A stretch of 64,000 nt of DNA from a virus. The notes under the pieces were generated by a model, which was not told the origin of the DNA, ran no database searches, and saw only the letters and a list, made by a program, of their open reading frames with translations. The position numbers and the translations under genes are program-made. The stretch is taken from the IMG/VR virus record IMGVR_UViG_3300045541_000260, positions 5,929 to 69,928 of that record, one strand, 5' to 3'. Below are positions 26,868 through 34,767 of this stretch, in pieces (position 1 is the stretch's first letter; each line of letters begins with the position of its first letter).

Positions 26868-27365
26868 ATGAGATTTGTAAAAAAAATTCCAAACTTTTTT
26901 AGCATTGATGAATGCCAGACAGCAATCTCATGTCATGATGATTCATATTATCAAGATCATGGTAATCTTATCGGCGGTTCTCTATCAAGTTTTAACTTTT
27001 TTAAAGATAAGGATCGCAATGAGTTTCATGAACTGTTAGATGAGAAATTAAATTTTAGCAATAGGATACTTGAACTTATCAAGTTCCCGGGAGCTATTTC
27101 GCATGTTTGGCTTAACATACAGCCTAAAAATTCTGTTTTAACCCCGCATATCCATTCACACAACAATTGTATAATGTCGGGTAGTTTGTATTTAAAAGTT
27201 GATAGCAGTAGTAGTGCAATTAAATTTTCTCATGTCGAGAAATACATTGTTAAACCAGAATTAGGAATGCTGTTGGTATTTCCAAGTTGGTTAGTACATG
27301 GGGGTTATGGAGACAATTTATCAGATGAAAGAATAGTATTAAGTTTTAATGTTGTAAAAAATTGA
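26868..27365 (+). CDS. 2OG-Fe(II) oxygenase (TIGR02466-like)
   Basis: W.N, H.H, SGSLYL, FPSWLVH, RIVLSFN. Confidence 0.8.
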   Translation: MRFVKKIPNFFSIDECQTAISCHDDSYYQDHGNLIGGSLSSFNFFKDKDRNEFHELLDEKLNFSNRILELIKFPGAISHVWLNIQPKNSVLTPHIHSHNNCIMSGSLYLKVDSSSSAIKFSHVEKYIVKPELGMLLVFPSWLVHGGYGDNLSDERIVLSFNVVKN

Positions 27366-27449
27366 TACCATATTGAAGCACATTATCAAAGTGGGTTCGA
27401 TTCCCCGCCATTGATCCGGTTGCTGGTGCTAGTGTGTTTCAATATGGTA
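27366..27449 (+). ncRNA. long-stem ncRNA with T-arm-like hairpin
   Basis: TACCATATTGAAGCACATTA/TAGTGTGTTTCAATATGGTA; internal GTGGGTTCGATTCCCCGC. Confidence 0.7.
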
Positions 27450-27494
27450 AGAGAGTAATTAACTTTTACTGTAGTCGGAAGTCATGACTCCGAT

Positions 27495-27630
27495 GACCCG
27501 TGGTAGTTTAATGGCAAAATGAGAGAGACACAGGTTCGAGCCCTGTCTGGATCCCTAACTAAGGAACCGGTAGCATAGTTGGACAATGCGCGGACAGATG
27601 GCAGTTTCGAAACCTGCCCCACAATGGGTC
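27495..27630 (+). ncRNA. tandem anticodon-less tRNA-elbow mimic
   Basis: two D-arm + T-arm units enclosed by GACCCG/TGGGTC. Confidence 0.6.
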
Positions 27631-27732
27631 GCTATATTGAAGCACATTAGATCGACTAAGGAAGGTCAGGGAGAAGTGAAATTCTCGTAGGGAGTAGGAG
27701 TCGAGTCCTACAATAGTGTGTTTCAATATGGT
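27631..27732 (+). ncRNA. long-stem ncRNA, GAAGCACATT/AGTGTGTTTC family
   Basis: GCTATATTGAAGCACATTA/TAGTGTGTTTCAATATGGT; internal GTAGGA/TCCTAC and GAGAA/TTCTC hairpins. Confidence 0.7.
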
Positions 27733-27735
27733 TAA

Positions 27736-27955
27736 ACCATAAGAATGACAATTTGATGTCAGCAAGAGAAAGTCACTGTTGTAAGTAGCTGGCCAGCCAA
27801 AGCGACAGTAAAGCAGTGAGGGGCGCAATACCCTAGCAAAAATAGAAGCACTGGACAAGTATCTCAAGTGACTTACCGACTCCCGTCCGGACTAGTGCAA
27901 TCGGGTGAATGGTGCCAATAAGGTGGTGGCACATTCAAGTTGTCATCCTTATGGT
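27736..27955 (+). ncRNA. 220-nt structured ncRNA closed by 21-bp helix
   Basis: ACCATAAGAATGACAATTTGA/TCAAGTTGTCATCCTTATGGT; internal AAGTCAC/GTGACTT. Confidence 0.65.
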
Positions 27956-27963
27956 AAAGTTTT

Positions 27964-28048
27964 GGAGAACGAGAAGCATTGGTGACTTCAGGAGACTGTA
28001 AATCTTCCGCCTCCGGCATACGGGGTTCGAATCCCTGGTTCTCCACCA
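27964..28048 (+). tRNA. tRNA-Tyr(GUA)
   Basis: cloverleaf, variable arm, CCA. Confidence 0.92.
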
Positions 28049-28054
28049 AGTTTA

Positions 28055-28129
28055 GGTCTCAAGGTGTTCATGGACGCACACATGCCTGTCACGCATGAGG
28101 AGGGGGATCGTTACCCCCTGGGACCGCCA
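28055..28129 (+). tRNA. tRNA-Asp(GUC), atypical T-loop
   Basis: stem CATGC/GCATG, loop CTGTCAC, T-loop ATCGTTA, GCCA. Confidence 0.88.
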
Positions 28130-28133
28130 ATTT

Positions 28134-28169
28134 GGAAGCGTAACTCAGTTGGTTAGAGTATCGGACTTT
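28134..28169 (+). pseudogene. 5' half of a tRNA (probably Lys-UUU) truncated at the anticodon
   Basis: GGAAGCG-TA-ACTC AGTTGGTTA GAGT-A-TCGGA-CTTT then AT-rich sequence; no complementary 3' half seen. Confidence 0.75.
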
Positions 28170-28201
28170 ATTTGATAAATAAGTATAAAGGAGTTACAAT
28201 T

Positions 28202-28831
28202 ATGCTTACTTGTCAATTTTGTAATAAAGAGTGTAAAAATAAAAATAGTCATATAAATCACGAGAGAACTTGCCCTTCTAATATAAACAGAGTTTATAAA
28301 AATGGAATGTTAGGTAAAAAAGGATCTAACCATTGGCTCAAAGCAAGGAGTGAAGGAACAGAATATGTTTTATCAGAAGAAACTAGACAAAAAATGTCTG
28401 TCGCAAGTTCTAGTAGGACACATTCTGATAAAACAAAAAAAATATTGTCAGAGATAAGAAAGAAATTTTTAGAGGAAAATCCAGATAAGATTCCGTATCT
28501 ATTAAATCATTCTTCAAAAATTTCTTATCCTGAGCAATATTTTTTAGAGTGTTTTTCGAACATAACCAAAAATAAAGAATTTCAATATCCAATACACAGA
28601 TTTTTAGTTGACTTTGCTAATCCTAAAGAAAAAGTATATCTTGAAATTGACGGCGAACAACATTATGTTGATAAAAGAATTGTTGCTCACGATACAATAC
28701 GCAGTAAAAAATTAACTGAATTGGGCTGGACGGGAATTAGAATTCGTTGGGCTCATTTTCAAAAATTAACAGATGATGAAAAAAAGCAAAAGATAAATGA
28801 AATACGGTCCATGATGAAATGGTTATCATAG
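28202..28831 (+). mobile_element. free-standing homing-type endonuclease (Zn finger + NUMOD3-like + Vsr/DUF559-like nuclease)
   Basis: CQFC..H...C; LSEETRQKMS, HSDKTKKILS; VDF..LEIDGEQHY..D..R...L..LGW..IRI.W; SD AAGGAG. Confidence 0.8.
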
Positions 28832-28879
28832 TTGACTTTTAATCAATCTTTCCCGGTTCGAGTCCGGGTGGACCGACCA
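28805..28879 (+). tRNA. tRNA-Lys(UUU) overlapping the endonuclease 3' end
   Basis: CGGTCCA/TGGACCG acceptor, GTTGA-CTTTTAA-TCAAT, CCCGG-TTCGAGT-CCGGG, ACCA. Confidence 0.9.
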
Positions 28880-28905
28880 ATTATAAACTAAGTGTAAATT
28901 GTAAC

Positions 28906-29268
28906 ATGAAATTCACTATCGACGAACAATATATCTGCGATGTTCAAGTTAGGCAAGAATACGATTTCATCAAAGATCGTAACAATCCCACGCCCGAAGA
29001 ACTTATCAAGGTCCTGCAGGGCCACGATAAAGCCGTTACTACATATAACAAAGACCACGATGAATTCACTAAGTTGCGTAACCAACTTGAAGCACTAGGT
29101 TACATTAAGTGCGAGCGCAGCTGGTGGAATGGTGATGTAGTGTTGAAACCATTTGTGCTTAACGATATTAAATTTCGAAAGAATGATAGATTTCTTTGTG
29201 CCGCGGCAATGAAGACTGCCTTAACGGTTGCAAAACAAACAGGAAGAAAGTATAATCCTAGATACTAA
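28906..29268 (+). CDS. hypothetical protein
   Basis: DH.EF..LR..L...GYI..ERSWWNGD.V. Confidence 0.65.
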   Translation: MKFTIDEQYICDVQVRQEYDFIKDRNNPTPEELIKVLQGHDKAVTTYNKDHDEFTKLRNQLEALGYIKCERSWWNGDVVLKPFVLNDIKFRKNDRFLCAAAMKTALTVAKQTGRKYNPRY

Positions 29269-29283
29269 CTTAAAGGAACTATA

Positions 29284-29466
29284 ATGTTGAAACCCGGACC
29301 CAATTTTAAGATGACTAAGGCCAACAAGTATACTGTGGCAAAAATTCTCGACCCGCATCGTCGTGGAGAAATCAAGCGCGGCCTTATCGATGCTCAATTG
29401 GCCAGCGAAATTAGAGTCAAGTCTAACAAAGAAGATCGCAAGTCAGGCCCACCAGCTGCTCAGTAA
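29284..29466 (+). CDS. small basic hypothetical protein
   Basis: SD AAGGA. Confidence 0.55.
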   Translation: MLKPGPNFKMTKANKYTVAKILDPHRRGEIKRGLIDAQLASEIRVKSNKEDRKSGPPAAQ

Positions 29467-29472
29467 TTTGAT

Positions 29473-29556
29473 GTATCGGTGGCCGAGTGGTTGAAGGCAA
29501 CGGATTGCAAATCCGTCTCGAAAGACTCGTCGGTTCGAATCCGACCCGATACTCCA
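29473..29556 (+). tRNA. tRNA-Cys(GCA) with enlarged variable region
   Basis: ACGGA-TTGCAAA-TCCGT; U73; 12-nt variable region. Confidence 0.9.
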
Positions 29557-29575
29557 GAATTCACATTATAAATAT

Positions 29576-29650
29576 GGTGATGTAGCACAGCGGTAGTGCA
29601 ACGCCTTCATACGGCGTGGGTCGTAAGTTCGAATCTTACCATCACCACCA
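29576..29650 (+). tRNA. tRNA-Met(CAU), elongator-type
   Basis: cloverleaf, loop TTCATAC. Confidence 0.88.
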
Positions 29651-29659
29651 AAGTGTTTA

Positions 29660-29736
29660 GCCTCAATAGCTCAGTTGGTTAGAGCACCGTCTTGATAAGG
29701 CGGGGGTCCATAGTTCAAATCTATGTTGAGGCACCA
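29660..29736 (+). tRNA. tRNA-Ile(GAU)
   Basis: cloverleaf, CCA. Confidence 0.95.
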
Positions 29737-29745
29737 AAAATCTAT

Positions 29746-29821
29746 TCCCCGATAGCTCAGTCGGTAGAGCAGCAGACTGTTAATCTGTTGGTCCGTGGTT
29801 CGAACCCACGTCGGGGAGCCA
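29746..29821 (+). tRNA. tRNA-Asn(GUU)
   Basis: cloverleaf, GCCA. Confidence 0.95.
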
Positions 29822-29840
29822 AATATAAAAGGAGTTTACT

Positions 29841-30197
29841 GTGAGTCATTTTGGTTATCATTTAATGTTAGATTGTAGCGGTTGCGAAAGAATTGACAGC
29901 CGAGAAAATATCTACAACTTTACAAAAGATCTAATTAAACGAATTGATATGACGGCTCATGGTGAACCCATTATTGAATATCTTTTACCAGGCGACCCCA
30001 AGCAGGGTTTCAGCTTAATGCAGTTGATTACTACCAGTAACATTGCTGGACATTTTATGGAACTTGATGGCACCGCCTACTTTGATGTGTTCAGTTGCAA
30101 GACTTTTGATGCTAAGGTAGTTGAGCAAGTGGTGCAAGAATATTTTAATCCTAAGCGTATGCGTGTTAACTTTATAACAAGACATGCAGATGTTTAA
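29841..30197 (+). CDS. speD: S-adenosylmethionine decarboxylase proenzyme
   Basis: GYHLMLD, QLITTSNIAGHF (pyruvoyl Ser site), DVFSCK. Confidence 0.8.
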   Translation: MSHFGYHLMLDCSGCERIDSRENIYNFTKDLIKRIDMTAHGEPIIEYLLPGDPKQGFSLMQLITTSNIAGHFMELDGTAYFDVFSCKTFDAKVVEQVVQEYFNPKRMRVNFITRHADV

Positions 30198-30759
30198 AAA
30201 ATTAAAGGACGCTATGTCTAAAAAACCTGCTTACTATGTAAGACAGGAAATTAGTGTTCCTATATATAAATTTAATATACAAAAAGAAGTATCAAACGAT
30301 AGCATTTTAGAAAGAGCGTCGGCACTTAGGAAAGATAATTCAGAGTCTAACCGTAAGAAGTTAATTATCAATAGCTATCAAACGGATTATATGACAGACA
30401 AAGAATCATTTAGTGATTTGGCTCAAGTCATCGAATCAAAAGCACAACTTATTACAGGTAAAAAATATAAAATTTTACATTATTGGTTTGTGTTTTACAA
30501 TAAAGGTGGCTCGCAAAAGTTACATAATCATGTGCTACCTAATACGCTCAATGAGCTTCCACTATCGGCAGTCTATTACCCTACAGTGGGGAATAATACT
30601 GCACCGATCATTTTCAAAACATTAGAAAAAAATTCCAATGATCTGTTAATTCCAGTGGAGAAAGGCACTTTGCTAATTTTTCATAGCGAGTTGTTACATT
30701 ATGTTCCTGAATCAATATCAGATGATTTGCGTGTAGTGTTTTCTTGCAATTTGCAATAA
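30190..30759 (+). CDS. 2OG-Fe(II) oxygenase (TIGR02466-like)
   Basis: HNH, SAVYY, F.S.LLHYV, R. Confidence 0.75.
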   Translation: MFKKLKDAMSKKPAYYVRQEISVPIYKFNIQKEVSNDSILERASALRKDNSESNRKKLIINSYQTDYMTDKESFSDLAQVIESKAQLITGKKYKILHYWFVFYNKGGSQKLHNHVLPNTLNELPLSAVYYPTVGNNTAPIIFKTLEKNSNDLLIPVEKGTLLIFHSELLHYVPESISDDLRVVFSCNLQ

Positions 30760-30783
30760 AGAAATTATCTACTAAACTTCATG

Positions 30784-31506
30784 TTATATTTGTGATAAAA
30801 TATGTCGAGCAAAGAAAAAATTATGATTAGTGCCAAGGTGTGACAAGTCCCGTGCATAATCGCCTTTATCGGCCCTTTCTAGCCAGTAATCGTTTGAATA
30901 GATAAATTTAATATTTTTGTCAGCACATAGCGATTTTATGGCATAATAATTTTTTTCATAATTCATTTTAGTGTTAGTGATGTCCGATACATAATCTTTT
31001 AAATAAGGTTCAGAATTTACATTTACATCTTTTAATTGAATACTTTTAAGTCTCCTGTCTGTTTTATTCAATTGAACAGCTAACTCTAATCTGCCCGGTG
31101 GCGGCTCGTTATAAACTACCATTTTTGGTTTTATAAGTTCTAAAAAGCCGTAACATAATCGAAAGCATAGATCGGGTGATCCGGCACCTTGTCCTAGGTT
31201 AACACATTTTAAATTTAGATTTTTGGCAACAATACTAGCCCATGTTTCTTCGACGGGTAATCCAATACCAATAGTGTTGCTACAACCTAAAAACATAATT
31301 GAAGGCTCTTCGGTAAATTCTTCGCAGCGAAAGCCCAATGAATTAAACTTGTAGGATATTTTTTTGTCGATCCACCCGTACTTTTTTAAGTCAGCAAATC
31401 GGTGTTCTAGATGTTCGATAAATCTATCATGAGTATCCATCGGTAGCCAATCTAGTTCCTGATTGGCAAACTGTTTATATATAGAAGAAAAATTAATTTG
31501 ATTCAT
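30784..31506 (-). CDS. SGNH-like protein
   Basis: FNSLGFR, LGCSNT.GIG, ARDLSHLG. Confidence 0.6.
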   Translation of the reverse strand: MNQINFSSIYKQFANQELDWLPMDTHDRFIEHLEHRFADLKKYGWIDKKISYKFNSLGFRCEEFTEEPSIMFLGCSNTIGIGLPVEETWASIVAKNLNLKCVNLGQGAGSPDLCFRLCYGFLELIKPKMVVYNEPPPGRLELAVQLNKTDRRLKSIQLKDVNVNSEPYLKDYVSDITNTKMNYEKNYYAIKSLCADKNIKFIYSNDYWLERADKGDYARDLSHLGTNHNFFFARHILSQI

Positions 31507-31518
31507 GAAAATATTTAT

Positions 31519-31594
31519 GGTGAGGATAGTGTAACGGTTCGCACGGCTGTCTGTGAAACAGCAAGACAGGGTTCAACTCCCGTCCATCACCCCA
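31519..31594 (+). tRNA. tRNA-His(GUG)
   Basis: GCTGT-CTGTGAA-ACAGC; G-1:C73; irregular acceptor and T stems. Confidence 0.82.
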
Positions 31595-31595
31595 A

Positions 31596-31671
31596 GCCGA
31601 TGTAGCTCAGCTGGTAGAGCAGCGGATTGAAAATCCGTGTGTCACTGGTTCGATCCCAGTCTTCGGCACCA
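31596..31671 (+). tRNA. tRNA-Phe(GAA)
   Basis: cloverleaf, CCA. Confidence 0.95.
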
Positions 31672-31678
31672 ATTCAGT

Positions 31679-31754
31679 TGGGGGTTAGCTCAATTGGTAG
31701 AGCAGCGGGTTTTGATCCCGTTGGTTGGAGGTTCGAGTCCTCTACCCCTTGCCA
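31679..31754 (+). tRNA. tRNA-Gln(UUG)
   Basis: cloverleaf, GCCA. Confidence 0.92.
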
Positions 31755-31756
31755 GT

Positions 31757-32029
31757 TTACTTGTATCCTAAACGATTTAGAATATTGATTGCTCTTGTTC
31801 TTAATCGTTCAGTGAATTCGCTTTCTGTAAGCACACCTTTAGATAGGTTGCATTTACGGCAAGTTACTTGTAGATTACTATAAACAGTTAGCCCGCCTTT
31901 CGATTCGGGAATAACATGATCTAAATGCACTTCAGCATTAGTTAAATCTTCATCGCAATACACACAGCGAAGTCCATCTCGTTCAACGACTTGTCTGCGA
32001 AGATTTAATGGTATTCGATCCTTTTTCAC
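31757..32029 (-). CDS. HNH endonuclease
   Basis: RDG.RCVYC, DHVIP.SKGG, NL...CRKCN..K; GTG start 5 nt after TAAATA. Confidence 0.85.
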   Translation of the reverse strand: MKKDRIPLNLRRQVVERDGLRCVYCDEDLTNAEVHLDHVIPESKGGLTVYSNLQVTCRKCNLSKGVLTESEFTERLRTRAINILNRLGYK

Positions 32030-32056
32030 AACGATATTTATTTTTTGGTAATTAAT

Positions 32057-32130
32057 ATCTCCCTGGTGTAATGGCAGCATGTGGGTCTCCAAAACCCTTG
32101 GTCGCGGTTCGAGTCCGTGGGGAGGTGCCA
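32057..32130 (+). tRNA. tRNA-Trp(CCA)
   Basis: loop CTCCAAA, GCCA. Confidence 0.92.
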
Positions 32131-32146
32131 ATTCATAAATACAGGC

Positions 32147-33271
32147 ATGGATAAAAAGTATTTTGTTTTTGAACCATGGCGAGCTGGTTTAGGTAATGTT
32201 ATTATGAGTTATGAGTGTGCATTAGCATTAGCTCATATTACAAATAGAACATTAATAATGCCACCTACTGTTCATTTAGGTCATATTTCTAACGGCATTA
32301 AAGAACAAAATCCTAGATATTGGGATTTGTTTGACGAAGCAATAACGAAACAAGAATTTGACATTGTTGAATATTTCGATCATGACGAATTCAAAGACAA
32401 ATACAAAGAACTACAAACAGGAATAAGTTGGATCGAACACGTAGATAAATTATTTCCTGACAGTTATTCTTGGACTACCACGGACAACATTTATCAAGCA
32501 ACAGGGTCAAATATTTGCTTTGTCAACGACATTGATGGTTTGAAAGACTCCAATGACTTCGAAACATTTTCAGCAGGTCGTCGAATCATTGATGTTAATA
32601 GACCAGAAAAGTATTTGATTTTTAAACATAATCTTTTTCAGAATTTCTGGTCAATGATTTATCCAGGGCCAGCATCAGAACGTAACAGATTAAAGAAGAA
32701 AATAAATTCATCAGTTAAGTACAATAAAAAATACTACGACTTGTTTGAAAAATCGCCAATGCGTAATATAAGCAACTACAATGCTGTTCATATTCGTCGC
32801 AATGATTTTTTCGTACAGTTTTCTTATGCATTGACAACTGTAGATCAAAGCGACAAGTTAGTTGATCAATTGTTACGAGTGTTTAACCCCGGTGTTCCTT
32901 TGTATATTACCACAGACGAAAAAAACTTAGAATTCTTTGATAGTGTTAAAAAAGTATACAAAGAAGTGTATATTAGCACTGCTATGCACAAGGATTTAGA
33001 TGATCTTGAAATAGCAATATTAGATCAAATTATTTGTAGTCGTGCTGATATATTTTATGGCACTCAAAATTCTACGTATAGTCGTAGAATCAACATCATG
33101 CGCGGCCTTGATAATAGATCAGCGCATGACAACATGGGAATTAATAATTTAGACAAGCCCGGTATAGAATGTGGATATTTTCCGTGGTTAGAACGCCACG
33201 ATAAAGAATGGAGTTGGAATGCCAGCGCATACTTACAATGGACACTGGAAAATGAGCCATACGATTGCTAA
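32147..33271 (+). CDS. O-fucosyltransferase-like glycosyltransferase
   Basis: GLGN, NRTLIMPP, AVHIRRNDF, LYITTDE, DQIICS.A..FYGT..STYS. Confidence 0.75.
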   Translation: MDKKYFVFEPWRAGLGNVIMSYECALALAHITNRTLIMPPTVHLGHISNGIKEQNPRYWDLFDEAITKQEFDIVEYFDHDEFKDKYKELQTGISWIEHVDKLFPDSYSWTTTDNIYQATGSNICFVNDIDGLKDSNDFETFSAGRRIIDVNRPEKYLIFKHNLFQNFWSMIYPGPASERNRLKKKINSSVKYNKKYYDLFEKSPMRNISNYNAVHIRRNDFFVQFSYALTTVDQSDKLVDQLLRVFNPGVPLYITTDEKNLEFFDSVKKVYKEVYISTAMHKDLDDLEIAILDQIICSRADIFYGTQNSTYSRRINIMRGLDNRSAHDNMGINNLDKPGIECGYFPWLERHDKEWSWNASAYLQWTLENEPYDC

Positions 33272-33280
33272 ATAAATTAT

Positions 33281-33844
33281 ATGAATAAAAACTTTCGAAT
33301 AATCGATGATGCACTGCCCAATCCTTTCGAAGTAAAAGAATTTTTAAAGTCACTGACACATTTTACAACAGAAACTTATAAAATTGATGGCTTGGCCTAT
33401 GGCGACAATTCTCAAAGACCAGATGGTTATTGGAGAGGATTCAGATCGGTTAATGTTTATAACAAAGATAGAGTGAATACAGAATTAACGTTGAAGTATC
33501 TCTTAAAGAAAGTTTTCCATATGGACTGTTCTTTTAACAGCGCAGAAGCATACTCACATTTTACCACGGACAGAATGCATAAAGAAATTCCTCCGGCTAG
33601 TCGTTGGCATCCAGATAATGTTGAGTGTGCAGGAGTTCTTTACTTAAATGAAAACCCACCGAAACATTCAGGAACATTTATTAATGTTAATGGCGAAATA
33701 ATTGAAGTTGAAAATAAATTTAACCGATTGGTAGTTTACCATGGCGGATTGCACCACGCTCCTGGAGTATTATTTGGAGAAGATGCCAGCAATGCCAGAC
33801 ATACATATTCTATATTCATTAAAGATATAAAGTTTAACAAATAA
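33281..33844 (+). CDS. 2OG-Fe(II) oxygenase-like protein
   Basis: HPD, AGVLYL, GT, FNRLVVY...HH. Confidence 0.7.
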   Translation: MNKNFRIIDDALPNPFEVKEFLKSLTHFTTETYKIDGLAYGDNSQRPDGYWRGFRSVNVYNKDRVNTELTLKYLLKKVFHMDCSFNSAEAYSHFTTDRMHKEIPPASRWHPDNVECAGVLYLNENPPKHSGTFINVNGEIIEVENKFNRLVVYHGGLHHAPGVLFGEDASNARHTYSIFIKDIKFNK

Positions 33845-33848
33845 AAAT

Positions 33849-33924
33849 GCGGGTGTAGCTCAGTTGGTAGAGCACTTCCTTGCCAAGGAAGATGTCGACA
33901 GTTCGAACCTGTTCACCCGCTCCA
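33849..33924 (+). tRNA. tRNA-Gly(GCC)
   Basis: cloverleaf, TCCA. Confidence 0.95.
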
Positions 33925-33932
33925 ACAATTCC

Positions 33933-34024
33933 GGAAGTGTGGCAGAGCCCGGTTTATTGCAACAGTCTTGAAAACTGTCGAAGGTTAAAATCTTCCGTGA
34001 GTTCGAATCTCACCACTTCCGCCA
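33933..34024 (+). tRNA. tRNA-Ser(UGA)
   Basis: cloverleaf, long variable arm. Confidence 0.95.
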
Positions 34025-34036
34025 TGTCATTAAATT

Positions 34037-34666
34037 ATGAACACAGTTAATATTGGACCTTGCTCAATTGATATCCACGAACGTGCCGGTATAGTCATGA
34101 GTGGAGGCGCTGACAGTAGCGTATTACTTTTCATCATGATGAAATATTCCCAAAGCCCTGTTAATGTTTATACATTAGCTAGTAAGGAAAAATTCTTTTC
34201 GTCGGCACAGATTAGTGCTAACGTAATTAAAAAATGTATGGAATTAACAGGCAAGAGCATTAATCAACATAATGTAATTTATGCTGATAAACAAAATAAC
34301 GAATTAGTGTTCAAGCATCCATGGAGAGACTTAAAGTCTAGAGATATATCAATTGTTTATACTGGTTTGACTAAATTGCCGCCCATTGAAGTATATTCGA
34401 AATTTAAGAACCCTACAGAAGACAGTGTGTTTGAGGAGCGAAATCCCAGCGTAACTTATAATGAATATTCGGGAAATAAAAAAATCTATATGCCCTTTTA
34501 TAATCTGGATAAAAAACAAATACATGAAATTTATCGAAATTTTGACCTAGAACACAGCCTATTCCCACTGACAAGAAGTTGCGAAAGTTTAGTACAAAAT
34601 ACAGGTCATTGCGGTACATGTTGGTGGTGTGAAGAGCGCCAATGGGCTTTTGGTAGATTAGAGTAA
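34037..34666 (+). CDS. QueC-like PP-loop ATPase
   Basis: MSGGADSS; TRSC...HCGTCWWCEER. Confidence 0.7.
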   Translation: MNTVNIGPCSIDIHERAGIVMSGGADSSVLLFIMMKYSQSPVNVYTLASKEKFFSSAQISANVIKKCMELTGKSINQHNVIYADKQNNELVFKHPWRDLKSRDISIVYTGLTKLPPIEVYSKFKNPTEDSVFEERNPSVTYNEYSGNKKIYMPFYNLDKKQIHEIYRNFDLEHSLFPLTRSCESLVQNTGHCGTCWWCEERQWAFGRLE

Positions 34667-34669
34667 ACT

Positions 34670-34746
34670 CGGCCCTTAACTCAGTTGGATAGAGTGCCTG
34701 TCTTCGAAACAGGAAGTCGTGGGTTCGAATCCTGCAGGGCCGGCCA
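34670..34746 (+). tRNA. tRNA-Arg(UCG)
   Basis: CCTGT-CTTCGAA-ACAGG, GCCA. Confidence 0.92.
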
Positions 34747-34767
34747 ATACTAAATAATAGAGTAAGC

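Noticed and set aside
27366-27732. CRISPR array suggested by repeated TATTGAAGCACATTA / TAGTGTGTTTCAATATGGT
   Set aside because: Copies are paired inverted repeats enclosing structured inserts, not regularly spaced direct repeats, and no cas genes are present in the window.
23931-27955. tmRNA, 6S RNA or canonical RNase P RNA among the ncRNAs
   Set aside because: No alanyl-tRNA-like ends with a tag ORF, no central-bubble rod, and the RNase P conserved regions are not in the correct order.
28134-28879. Group I intron in the tRNA-Lys anticodon loop
   Set aside because: There is no room or motif for an intron core around the ORF. The downstream tRNA is complete, and its 3' half does not pair with the upstream 5' half.
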